This document shows positions 53,865 to 61,741 of a DNA stretch of 64,000 bases, piece after piece. Origin of the DNA: an uncultured Granulicella sp. (GTDB taxonomy: Bacteria; Acidobacteriota; Terriglobia; Terriglobales; Acidobacteriaceae); assembly GCA_965213805.1 (NCBI GenBank), contig CBDCAG010000001.1, forward strand, positions 2,338,726-2,402,725. The letters are read 5' to 3'. Every line of letters starts with the position of its first letter. Position 1 is the first letter of the stretch. Position numbers and translations under genes: made by a program. The notes below the pieces were generated by a model. The model saw nothing but the letters and a program-made list of their open reading frames with translations. It was not told the origin of the DNA and did no database searches.

Positions 53865-54770
53865 ATGAACATCAATCGCCGGCGCGGTTTCATTGCTACC
53901 TCGATCACGTTGGGTGTCCTGCTGACGGGGCTGGCGGTGACGTTGAATATCGGGTGGATCGTGCTGAACAAGGAGCGCGTCGCTTACCTTGTGCTCGGCA
54001 TTGTGTTCTTCGCGGTGCTGGTGGCGGGGCTTGTGCTGAACACTGTTTTCCTGGTGCGCGAGGTGCGTCGGAACGAACGGCAGGACTCGTTTCTGAACGC
54101 GGTGACGCATGAGCTGAAGACGCCGATTGCGAGTATCCGGCTGTACCTGGAGACACTGGAACGGCGGCAGCTGGACGAGGCGCAGAGGCTGAAGTTCTAC
54201 GCGATTATGCGATCGGACTCGGATCGTCTGCTGGCGACGGTGGAGCAGGTGCTGAAGGCGGGCGAGCTGGGGCAGCGGGCGCGGCAGCAGAATCGCGCGG
54301 TGCTGGACCTGGAGCCGCTGGTGGCGGAATGCGTTGCGATCACGCTCGAGCGGCATCACCTGCCGCCGGAGGCGATTGTGCTGGCGCCGGTGCCGGGGCA
54401 GGTGCGGCTGCGGGTGAACGGGATTGCGGAGGATTTGCGGACGGCGATCGTGAACCTGCTGGACAACGCGGTGAAGTATTCGCCAACGACGGTGCAGATT
54501 ACGGCGAGGCTGGCAATCCGGAACTATTCGAATGTGACGCTTGAGATCACGGACCAGGGGCTGGGGATTCCGGAGCGTGAGTTGAAGCGGGTGTTCAAGC
54601 GGTTCTACCGCATCCCGGGGCGGTATGCGGTGAAGATCAAGGGCACGGGGCTTGGGCTTTACCTGGTGCATGCCATTGCCAAGCAGCATGGGGGCTCGAT
54701 CGGGGCGGCGAGCAAAGGCGCGAACCAGGGCACGACGATGACGCTGACGTTGCCGCTTGCGACGACGTGA
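53865..54770 (+). CDS. Sensor histidine kinase
   Basis: VTHELKTPIASI, NLLDNAVKYS, DQGLGI, GTGLGL. Confidence 0.92.
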   Translation: MNINRRRGFIATSITLGVLLTGLAVTLNIGWIVLNKERVAYLVLGIVFFAVLVAGLVLNTVFLVREVRRNERQDSFLNAVTHELKTPIASIRLYLETLERRQLDEAQRLKFYAIMRSDSDRLLATVEQVLKAGELGQRARQQNRAVLDLEPLVAECVAITLERHHLPPEAIVLAPVPGQVRLRVNGIAEDLRTAIVNLLDNAVKYSPTTVQITARLAIRNYSNVTLEITDQGLGIPERELKRVFKRFYRIPGRYAVKIKGTGLGLYLVHAIAKQHGGSIGAASKGANQGTTMTLTLPLATT

Positions 54771-54791
54771 GGTGCGGCTAGACTGGTGAGC

Positions 54792-56354
54792 ATGCGGATT
54801 CTGTTTCGGGTCAGTGTCGTGCTTTCTGGTTTGTTGGTGCTCCATGCAGGACGCGCGCAGCAGAAGCCGACGGCAGCGGCGGCGCCGTGGTGGGGACTGA
54901 CGACGGCGCTTGCGAACGATGGGATGGAAGGCCGCGATACGGGGAGCGCGGCCTATGAGCGGGCGGCGGAGTTTGTGGCGGCGAAGTTCAAGGCCGACGG
55001 GCTGAAGCCTGCGGGTGTGGACGGGACGTGGTTCCAGCCGGTGCCGATGCACGAGGTAGATCTGGATACGGAGCACTCGTCGGTGGAACTGATGGCGGCG
55101 GGCAAACCCGCGGGGGCGCTGAAGCTGTTGTATGAGACGACGCTGGCGCCGCATGCGGGACTTGCGCCGGTGACCGAAGGACAGCTGGTTTTTATCGGCT
55201 ACGGAGTGCCGCCGGCGGATCTGGAGGTGCGGGGCAAGGTCGTGGTTTTCTTCAGCGGCATGCCGGGGAGCCTTTCGGCTGAACAGAGGGCGCGGTTCAA
55301 TGGGGAGCGGGTGTTATCGATTGCGAAGCTGGGCGCGGTGGGGGCGATCTCGATCGACAACCCGGCGGCGATCGAGCCGACGCACTGGCCGGCGGCGTAT
55401 GCGCGAACGGTTACTTTACGTGAGGAGGGAGCGGCCGCCAAGGCTCCTGGGTTCGTGGGGCTTCGCGTGAGTGCGGAGGCGGCTCCGAAGCTATTTGCGG
55501 GTTCGGCGGTCGATCCGGCGAAGCTGCTGGCAGATGCGGAGAAGGGGTTGCCGCTGCCAGCGATGGCGCTGGCACACGGGATTCGCATTTCGGTCAGGAT
55601 GACGGAAAAGGATATTGTGTCGCCGAACGTGCTGGCGGTGCTGCCGGGGTCGGACCCGCAACTGGGGGCCGAGTATGTTGCGCTTTCGGCACATCTTGAC
55701 GGCTACGGATACGGTACGCCGGTCAATGGGGACTCGCTTTACAACGGGGCGCTGGACGATGCGGCTTACGTCGCGACGCTCCTGGAGTTTGCCCATAAGC
55801 AGGCGGCGCACCCTGCAAGACGCTCGCTGCTGTTCTGTATCTTTACAGGCGAGGAGAAGGGGCTGCTCGGGTCAGTTTACTTTGCGACGCATCCGACGAT
55901 GCCGGCTGCGCGTATCAAGGCGGACCTGAACCTCGACCAGCTGCGGCCGATCTTTCCGCTCAGGATCCTGACGATGGAGGGCATTGGCGATTCGACGCTT
56001 GGGGATACGGCGCGGGAGGTTGCCGAGCGCTTCCGCATCGAGTTGCGGCCGGACCGTGAGCCGGAGCGCAACCTGTTTCGGCGTGCCGATAATTACAGCT
56101 TTGTGAAGATCGGGGTGCCGATTGCAAGCTTCATCTTCGGCTACGATCCGGCGTCGCCCGAGGAGCACATCTACCGTGACTGGTATGCGCGGCGGTATCA
56201 CAAGCCGCAGGATGATCTCGCCACGCCGATTGACTGGGAGGCTGCGGTCCGGTTCAACGACTTCTATCGGGAGCTGGCACTGACGGTCGCCAATGCGCCG
56301 GATGCGCCGCGCTGGCGGGCTTCGAGCCCCAATGCTCCGCGGGCCTCCCACTGA
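54792..56354 (+). CDS. Secreted M28 family metallopeptidase
   Basis: SAHLDG, NGALDDA, TGEEKGLLGS, YHKPQD. Confidence 0.88.
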   Translation: MRILFRVSVVLSGLLVLHAGRAQQKPTAAAAPWWGLTTALANDGMEGRDTGSAAYERAAEFVAAKFKADGLKPAGVDGTWFQPVPMHEVDLDTEHSSVELMAAGKPAGALKLLYETTLAPHAGLAPVTEGQLVFIGYGVPPADLEVRGKVVVFFSGMPGSLSAEQRARFNGERVLSIAKLGAVGAISIDNPAAIEPTHWPAAYARTVTLREEGAAAKAPGFVGLRVSAEAAPKLFAGSAVDPAKLLADAEKGLPLPAMALAHGIRISVRMTEKDIVSPNVLAVLPGSDPQLGAEYVALSAHLDGYGYGTPVNGDSLYNGALDDAAYVATLLEFAHKQAAHPARRSLLFCIFTGEEKGLLGSVYFATHPTMPAARIKADLNLDQLRPIFPLRILTMEGIGDSTLGDTAREVAERFRIELRPDREPERNLFRRADNYSFVKIGVPIASFIFGYDPASPEEHIYRDWYARRYHKPQDDLATPIDWEAAVRFNDFYRELALTVANAPDAPRWRASSPNAPRASH

Positions 56355-56359
56355 GCGCC

Positions 56360-57094
56360 ATGATGACTGCGCCGCTGATCCTTCTCGTCGAAGATGAAGA
56401 GCATCTGGCCGAGGGGTTGCTGTTCAACCTGGAGGCTGAAGGCTACCGGACGCGGCACTTCGCCGACGGCAGCGAGGCGCTGGCGTGGCTGCTGGCGACG
56501 GAGGAAGAGCTCGGCGTGATCCTGCTGGACGTGATGCTTCCGGGGACCGATGGCTTCACGATCGTGCGCACACTGCGGGAGCAGGAACTATACTTCCCGG
56601 TGCTGATGCTGACGGCACGATCGCATCCGCAGGACGTGCTGGAAGGGCTGAACGCCGGCGCGGACGACTACCTGCCGAAGCCGTTCGATCTCGACATTCT
56701 GCTGGTACGGGTGAAGTCCATGCTGCGCCGGGCGACGTGGCTGCGGCCGAAGTCGACGATCGCGCCGCCGCCGCCGAAGCCTTCTTCCGACACGTACGCC
56801 TTCGACGGGCGTGAGATTCACTTCGACACGCTGGAGTTGATTGCGCCCGGCCGCACGACGCGCCTGACACTGATGGAGGCCGACCTGCTGCGGCACTTCA
56901 CCGAACGCGAAGGACAGATCGTCTCGCGCAAGGAGATCCTGGAGCAGGTGTGGCGGCTGCATGAGGATACCGATACGCGGGCGATCGACAACTTTATCGT
57001 GCGGCTGCGGCGCTATATCGAAGACGACCCCTCCGACCCGCAGCACCTGGTGACGGTGCGGGGTGTGGGGTATCGATTCCTTGCGGAGCCGTAG
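56360..57094 (+). CDS. OmpR family response regulator
   Basis: LVEDE, LDVMLP, GADDYLPKPF, winged HTH TVRGVGYRF. Confidence 0.93.
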   Translation: MMTAPLILLVEDEEHLAEGLLFNLEAEGYRTRHFADGSEALAWLLATEEELGVILLDVMLPGTDGFTIVRTLREQELYFPVLMLTARSHPQDVLEGLNAGADDYLPKPFDLDILLVRVKSMLRRATWLRPKSTIAPPPPKPSSDTYAFDGREIHFDTLELIAPGRTTRLTLMEADLLRHFTEREGQIVSRKEILEQVWRLHEDTDTRAIDNFIVRLRRYIEDDPSDPQHLVTVRGVGYRFLAEP

Positions 57095-57099
57095 GAGAA

Positions 57100-57228
57100 G
57101 CAAGAGCAAGTGCGCCCTGATCGCGGGCGGCGACCACTTCGTGGGGTAATGGGCTTCGCGTAGCCACGCGAAGCCCATTACCCCACGAAGTGGCGCCCGT
57201 CCGGCGTTAGGACGCGGTTGCTGTTGCC
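57100..57228. repeat. Dispersed long-hairpin repeat family A (short variant)
   Basis: Same outer arms; inner stem reads TAATGGGCTTCGCG-TAGCCA-CGCGAAGCCCATTA. Confidence 0.9.
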
Positions 57229-57229
57229 T

Positions 57230-57997
57230 TTACCGGGTGACCGCCTGCCAGCAGAACTGCAGGCCGATGACGGTGAGCCAGAGCGAGAGGGCGAAGCGGA
57301 GTTTGCGGTTGGGGATCCTGGGAGCGGCGCCTGAGCCGACGAGACCTCCGACGACTCCACCGATGGCCATCTTGACGAGCAACGGTCCGGCATAGCCTGC
57401 GGCACCGCCGAGCAGGTGGACGCCGCTGCCGACGAGCGCGATGGCGAGGCCGAAGGCGAGGTCGGTGCCGACAACCTGCGATGCGGTGAGATTGGTCATG
57501 CTGAGCAGGGTGACGGTGCCGAGCGCGCCCGCGCCCGAGGACGAGAAGCCTACCTCGGCGCCGATGGGGAACATGATCAAGCCGAGCCACTTCGAGCGGT
57601 CGTTGCTGGGCCGGGTGACGCCTGCGGGCCGGAAGTGACGGTAGAGGTGCCAGCCGGAGGTGAACAGGATGATCGACCCAAGCGCGAAGTAGAGGACCGA
57701 ACGCGGCCCATGCTGCGCGACGTGCTTGAAGGCGACCGAGCCGAGGATGACACCGGGCAGGCCGCCGAGCAGCATGAAGCCGAGCACGCGCCAGTTGACC
57801 TGGCGGCGGACAACCTGGACGGGCACGACGATGAGCTTGACGATTGCCGAGTAAGCGAGCGCGGTGCTGACGGCGATCTCGAGCGGCACGTGCAGGAACA
57901 GGATCAGCAGCGGCGCGGTGATGACCCCGGCGCCGACGCCGGTGAGCGCGATCACGACGGCGATGAGAAAGCCTATGACGAAATCCATGTTGCTCAA
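57230..57997 (-). CDS. Sulfite exporter TauE/SafE family protein
   Basis: TGVGAG..TAPLL, VGFSSSGAGALG, VGTDLAF; last gene of the cys operon. Confidence 0.88.
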   Translation of the reverse strand: MSNMDFVIGFLIAVVIALTGVGAGVITAPLLILFLHVPLEIAVSTALAYSAIVKLIVVPVQVVRRQVNWRVLGFMLLGGLPGVILGSVAFKHVAQHGPRSVLYFALGSIILFTSGWHLYRHFRPAGVTRPSNDRSKWLGLIMFPIGAEVGFSSSGAGALGTVTLLSMTNLTASQVVGTDLAFGLAIALVGSGVHLLGGAAGYAGPLLVKMAIGGVVGGLVGSGAAPRIPNRKLRFALSLWLTVIGLQFCWQAVTR

Positions 57998-58015
57998 CTT
58001 TCGAAGGCGTAGTGC

Positions 58016-58741
58016 TCAGCCCTGCAGGTGAATGCCGCATTCCTGTTTGCGTCCGGCCCAGCGTCCGGAGCGGGGATCGTTCGGATCGGTTGGGATGCTG
58101 GTGCATGGCTCGCAGCCGATGCTGGTGTAGCCGCGTTCGTAGAGCTCGAGCATGGGGATGTTGTGCTGCTGCGAGTAGACCCATACGTCTTTGGCGTTCC
58201 ACTCGGTAAGCGGCGAGATCTTGCGAATGACGGTGCCGGTGGGCAGCTTGAAGTCGTCGACTTCGCGCAGGGCGGCGCGGCTTTTTGCCTGCTCGCGGCG
58301 CAGGCCGGTGAACCAGAGGGAGTAGTTTTCGAGCGATGCGAAGAGCGGCTTGACCTTGCGCAGACCGCAGCACTTCGCGGGGTCGGTCTGGTTGAGGATG
58401 CCGAAGAGTGCTTCCTGTTCGGCGACGGTCTGCTCGGGCTCGAGCGAGACCAGGTTGAGGCTCCACTCCTTCGCCATGCGTTCGCGGTACTCGTAGACTT
58501 CTTTGAAGTGATAGCCGGTATCGAGGAAGACAACGGGGACGTTGGGGAGCGTGCGGCGAACGATGTCGAGGACGATCATATCCTCGGCCTGGAAGCTGTT
58601 GGTGACGACGATGTCGCCGGTGGCGGTCGCGAGTTCGAGCGCGATGAGGTCTTCGGCTTCCTTGATCTTCTGCTCGGTGGTGAGCGGGGGGCCGAGCGGC
58701 GCGTTGGGTGTCAGGGGTGCGATGTGCAGGTCGTCGGTCAT
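58016..58741 (-). CDS. cysH: (Phospho)adenosine phosphosulfate reductase, Fe-S (APS reductase) type
   Basis: LDTGYHF, CCGLRKV, TGLRREQ, GYTSIGCEPCT, RSGRW..KQECGIH. Confidence 0.95.
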   Translation of the reverse strand: MTDDLHIAPLTPNAPLGPPLTTEQKIKEAEDLIALELATATGDIVVTNSFQAEDMIVLDIVRRTLPNVPVVFLDTGYHFKEVYEYRERMAKEWSLNLVSLEPEQTVAEQEALFGILNQTDPAKCCGLRKVKPLFASLENYSLWFTGLRREQAKSRAALREVDDFKLPTGTVIRKISPLTEWNAKDVWVYSQQHNIPMLELYERGYTSIGCEPCTSIPTDPNDPRSGRWAGRKQECGIHLQG

Positions 58742-60318
58742 GCGGGTCTTCCCTTCAGCAGGCTGAGGCTGAGTTCGTCAACGCCTGCATACTGTGCTGC
58801 GTCGAGTGATTCGACATCGCCGGTCGCGCCTTCGACGAGGACGATGAGGCCGAGTGCGAGCAGGCCGCGGAGGGTCTTCTCCGCGGTGACACGGGTGCGG
58901 ACGACACCGGCTCCGGCGTCGAGCAGCGACTGTTCGAGTTGAGGGATCCAGGCGGCGTGGGCGGCGTCGAAGCGCACCACTGCGGCCTCGTGATGGACGG
59001 CTGCTTCACCCGAGGCGAGGCCGCGGCGGATCATGCCGGCGGCGAGCGTGGCATTGGTCTGCGGGTCGATGAGGATGAAGGCGCCGGAGGCGCGGTTGTC
59101 GGTGTAGGGATCGAAAAAGAGTGTGCGGGTGAGTTCGATCTCGCCGACGCCGATTTCGTTCATGGCGAGCGAATTGACCGCTTCTTCGGCGAGCGACGAG
59201 ATGTTGGTGCGGTAGAGCACGCGCGTGACCTGCGCGGGCAGGGTCTGCGAGCCGTGCTTGATGAGCAGAGGGCGATGGGTTTCGAGGCGGTTGGCGTCGA
59301 ACCAGACTAGGGTCGCTTCGAGCGATGTAGCGGATTGAGGAAGACGTGCGGGCTCGGCGATGAGATCGCCGCGGCTGATGTCGAGTTCGTCGGCGAGGGT
59401 GATGGCGACTGAAAGGGGTGCGCTGGCCTCGTCGAGGTCACCGTCGAAGGTGGTGATGGCGGTGACGCGGCTGGAGCGTCCCGACGGCAGCGCGGTGATG
59501 GGGTCACCCTTGCGGATGGTGCCGGCGGAGAGTTGCCCGGCGAAGCCGCGGTAGTGCTGGTCGGGGCGGAGGACGCGCTGGATGGGCATTCGCAGCGGAC
59601 GTTCGGCGGCGTCGCTCCAGACGGGTGCGGATTCGAGATGCTCGAGCAGTGTGGGGCCGGTGTACCAGGGCGTGTTGGCGGAGCGGTCGACGACGTTATC
59701 GCCTTCGAGTGCGCTGACCGGGATGGTGACCAGGCTGGCACCGCCGAACTGCGCGACGAGCGCGCGGAAGTCGGCTTCGATGCGGCTGTAGACGTCCCCG
59801 GAGAAGCCGACGAGGTCCATCTTGTTGATGGCTGCGACGAGGTGGCGGATGCCGAGCAGCGAGGCGATGTAGGCGTGGCGTCGCGACTGCACGAGGATGC
59901 CCTTGCGCGCGTCGATGAGGATGATGGCGAGATCGGCGGTGGAGGCGCCGGTAGCCATATTGCGGGTGTACTGCTCGTGGCCCGGGGTGTCGGCGATGAT
60001 GAACTTGCGTTTGGCGGTGGAGAAGTAGCGGTAGGCGACGTCGATGGTGATGCCCTGCTCGCGCTCGGCGCGGAGTCCATCGGTGAGCAGCGCGAAGTCG
60101 ATGGCCGGGCTCGCCGAACCTGACGTTGCCACGGTGCCGGTCACGGCGCGGACCTGGTCCTCGTAGACGTTGCGCGAATCGTAGAGTAGGCGGCCGATGA
60201 GCGTGGACTTGCCGTCGTCGACGCTGCCTGCGGTTGAAAAGCGCAGCAGGTCCTTCTCTGCTTCGACGGCGAGAAAGTCTTCGATGGCAAAGTCTGTTTC
60301 CTGTTCCATGAGTGCCAT
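58738..60318 (-). CDS. cysN: Sulfate adenylyltransferase large subunit
   Basis: GSVDDGKSTLIGRLL, EREQGITIDVAYRYF, DTPGHEQYTRNM, NKMD. Confidence 0.96.
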   Translation of the reverse strand: MALMEQETDFAIEDFLAVEAEKDLLRFSTAGSVDDGKSTLIGRLLYDSRNVYEDQVRAVTGTVATSGSASPAIDFALLTDGLRAEREQGITIDVAYRYFSTAKRKFIIADTPGHEQYTRNMATGASTADLAIILIDARKGILVQSRRHAYIASLLGIRHLVAAINKMDLVGFSGDVYSRIEADFRALVAQFGGASLVTIPVSALEGDNVVDRSANTPWYTGPTLLEHLESAPVWSDAAERPLRMPIQRVLRPDQHYRGFAGQLSAGTIRKGDPITALPSGRSSRVTAITTFDGDLDEASAPLSVAITLADELDISRGDLIAEPARLPQSATSLEATLVWFDANRLETHRPLLIKHGSQTLPAQVTRVLYRTNISSLAEEAVNSLAMNEIGVGEIELTRTLFFDPYTDNRASGAFILIDPQTNATLAAGMIRRGLASGEAAVHHEAAVVRFDAAHAAWIPQLEQSLLDAGAGVVRTRVTAEKTLRGLLALGLIVLVEGATGDVESLDAAQYAGVDELSLSLLKGRPA

Positions 60319-61269
60319 CTAGAAGTAGCCCTCACGTTTCTTGATCTCCATGGAGCCGTCCTGGTCGTGGTCGATGACGCGGTTGGCGCGCTCGGAGGAG
60401 CGGAAGCTGACGAGCTCGGCGATGATCTTGGGAATGGTGTCGGCCTCCGACCGGATGGCGCCGGTGCAGGGGCTGCAGCCGAGCGAACGCAGGCGTGAGC
60501 GGACCCACTGCTCTTCGCCGGGCAGGCTTTTGACAAAGCTTTGCTCGACCGGGATGAGACTGTCGCCGCGGACGATCATGCGGCGTTCCTTCGCGAAGTA
60601 AAGCGGCACGATGGGAATGTTTTCGACCAGGATGTAATGCCAGATGTCGAGCTCGGTCCAGTTGGAGAGCGGGAAGACGCGGATACTTTCGCCGGGCGAG
60701 ATGCGTGCGTTGTAGAGGTTCCAGAGTTCGGGGCGCTGGTTCTTGGGATCCCACTGGCCGGCCTTATCGCGGAAGGAGAAGATGCGTTCCTTGGCGCGGG
60801 ATTTCTCTTCATCGCGGCGCGCGCCACCGAAGGCTGCGTCGTAGCCATGCTCACGCAGGCCATCGAGAAGCGCGGTGGTCTTGAGCAGGCCGCAGCAGCG
60901 CTGGGTGCCGAGGGCGACGGGATTGGCGCCGTCGAGCAGGGCCTGCTCGTTGCGCCAGACCTTGAGGTCGAGACCGAGCTCGCGGGTGAGGTTGTCGCGG
61001 AAGGCGATCATCTCGTGGAACTTGTAACCGGTATCGATATGCAGAAGCGGGAACGGGATGGGCGCGGGGTAGAAGGCCTTCTGCGCGAGGCGCAGCATGA
61101 CGGAAGAGTCCTTGCCGATGGAGTAGAGCATGACCGGCTTCTGGAACTCGGACGCGACCTCGCGGAAGATGTGGATGCTCTCGGCCTCGAGAAGCTTGAG
61201 GTGGCTGAGGCGCGCCGGGGCCGGAGGCACAGCATGCGCGGGCGAAGCGGATGGGGCTGCAGACTGCAT
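60319..61269 (-). CDS. cysD: Sulfate adenylyltransferase small subunit
   Basis: [53 protein letters not shown]. Confidence 0.97.
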   Translation of the reverse strand: MQSAAPSASPAHAVPPAPARLSHLKLLEAESIHIFREVASEFQKPVMLYSIGKDSSVMLRLAQKAFYPAPIPFPLLHIDTGYKFHEMIAFRDNLTRELGLDLKVWRNEQALLDGANPVALGTQRCCGLLKTTALLDGLREHGYDAAFGGARRDEEKSRAKERIFSFRDKAGQWDPKNQRPELWNLYNARISPGESIRVFPLSNWTELDIWHYILVENIPIVPLYFAKERRMIVRGDSLIPVEQSFVKSLPGEEQWVRSRLRSLGCSPCTGAIRSEADTIPKIIAELVSFRSSERANRVIDHDQDGSMEIKKREGYF

Positions 61270-61305
61270 GATGGGATGACCTCGTGAGTGCGGACTTCCG
61301 GGGGC

Positions 61306-61344
61306 AAAAAAGAAAACCCACTTATCCGATGTCGGAAAGCGGGC
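61306..61344 (-). terminator. Intrinsic terminator (attenuator) in the cysD leader
   Basis: Minus strand GCCCGCUUUCCG-ACAU-CGGAUAAGUGGGU followed by UUUCUUUUUU, 36 nt before the cysD start. Confidence 0.85.
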
Positions 61345-61379
61345 GCTTGCTTGTTGACTGTTTCGATTGGCTCAGGAGG

Positions 61380-61469
61380 CTATCGACAACACTCGCACCC
61401 ACAACATGCCTTGCAGCAACAGGCGTTGCCGTTGGTGCAACAGGCGTTCTGGATGCGAAGGAACAGCAT
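61380..61469 (-). CDS. Polycysteine leader peptide of the cysDN operon (29 aa, 10 Cys)
   Basis: Own translation MLFLRIQNACCTNGNACCCKACCGCECCR*; located between the predicted promoter and terminator. Confidence 0.85.
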   Translation of the reverse strand: MLFLRIQNACCTNGNACCCKACCGCECCR

Positions 61470-61475
61470 GCTTCA

Positions 61476-61504
61476 AGCGTGGATCATGGATGGGCTTTTG
61501 TCAA
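61476..61504 (-). promoter_or_regulatory. Sigma70-like promoter for the cys leader (leaderless start)
   Basis: TTGACA(61504-61499)-17bp-CACGCT(61481-61476)-6nt-ATG. Confidence 0.65.
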
Positions 61505-61512
61505 CGGGCTGC

Positions 61513-61541
61513 TTGACTCCGGAGAAGGCTCGGGTTAGGTT
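61513..61541 (+). promoter_or_regulatory. Sigma70-like promoter for the TBDR leader
   Basis: TTGACT(61513-61518)-17bp-TAGGTT(61536-61541), 11 nt before ATG 61553. Confidence 0.7.
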
Positions 61542-61552
61542 TCAAGCAAGCC

Positions 61553-61627
61553 ATGAAGAAGTTTGCCCATCGCGCCTGTTGCCTCTGTCGCTGTTGCTGC
61601 GACATGATGGCGCCTGCGCTGGCCTAG
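61553..61627 (+). CDS. Polycysteine leader peptide of the TonB-dependent receptor gene (24 aa, 6 Cys + MM)
   Basis: Own translation MKKFAHRACCLCRCCCDMMAPALA*. Confidence 0.78.
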   Translation: MKKFAHRACCLCRCCCDMMAPALA

Positions 61628-61741
61628 TCTCCGTCTCGTCCTGAGACCTTGTAACTCCCCCGCATCCGCACAGCTTTCGTGAGCGCGTCTTTCTGCGCCT
61701 GCTGTGGTTTGTTCGCCTATCCGTTCCTCGAGGAGAGTGCC

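Noticed and set aside
61270-61500. SAM riboswitch or T-box upstream of cysD
   Set aside because: No SAM-I core (AUCNAGAG..GCAACC..GUGC) or T-box (UGGNACCGCG) consensus seen in the right arrangement.
61380-61627. Metallothionein or RiPP precursor reading of the Cys-rich ORFs
   Set aside because: No modifying enzymes or metal-resistance genes are adjacent. Position between promoter and terminator of sulfur genes favours leader peptides, though this is not formally excluded.
61284-61644. ORF-track ORFs 61284-61538 and 61288-61644
   Set aside because: They are shadow frames overlapping the terminator, promoters and leader ORFs, with no protein-like features.
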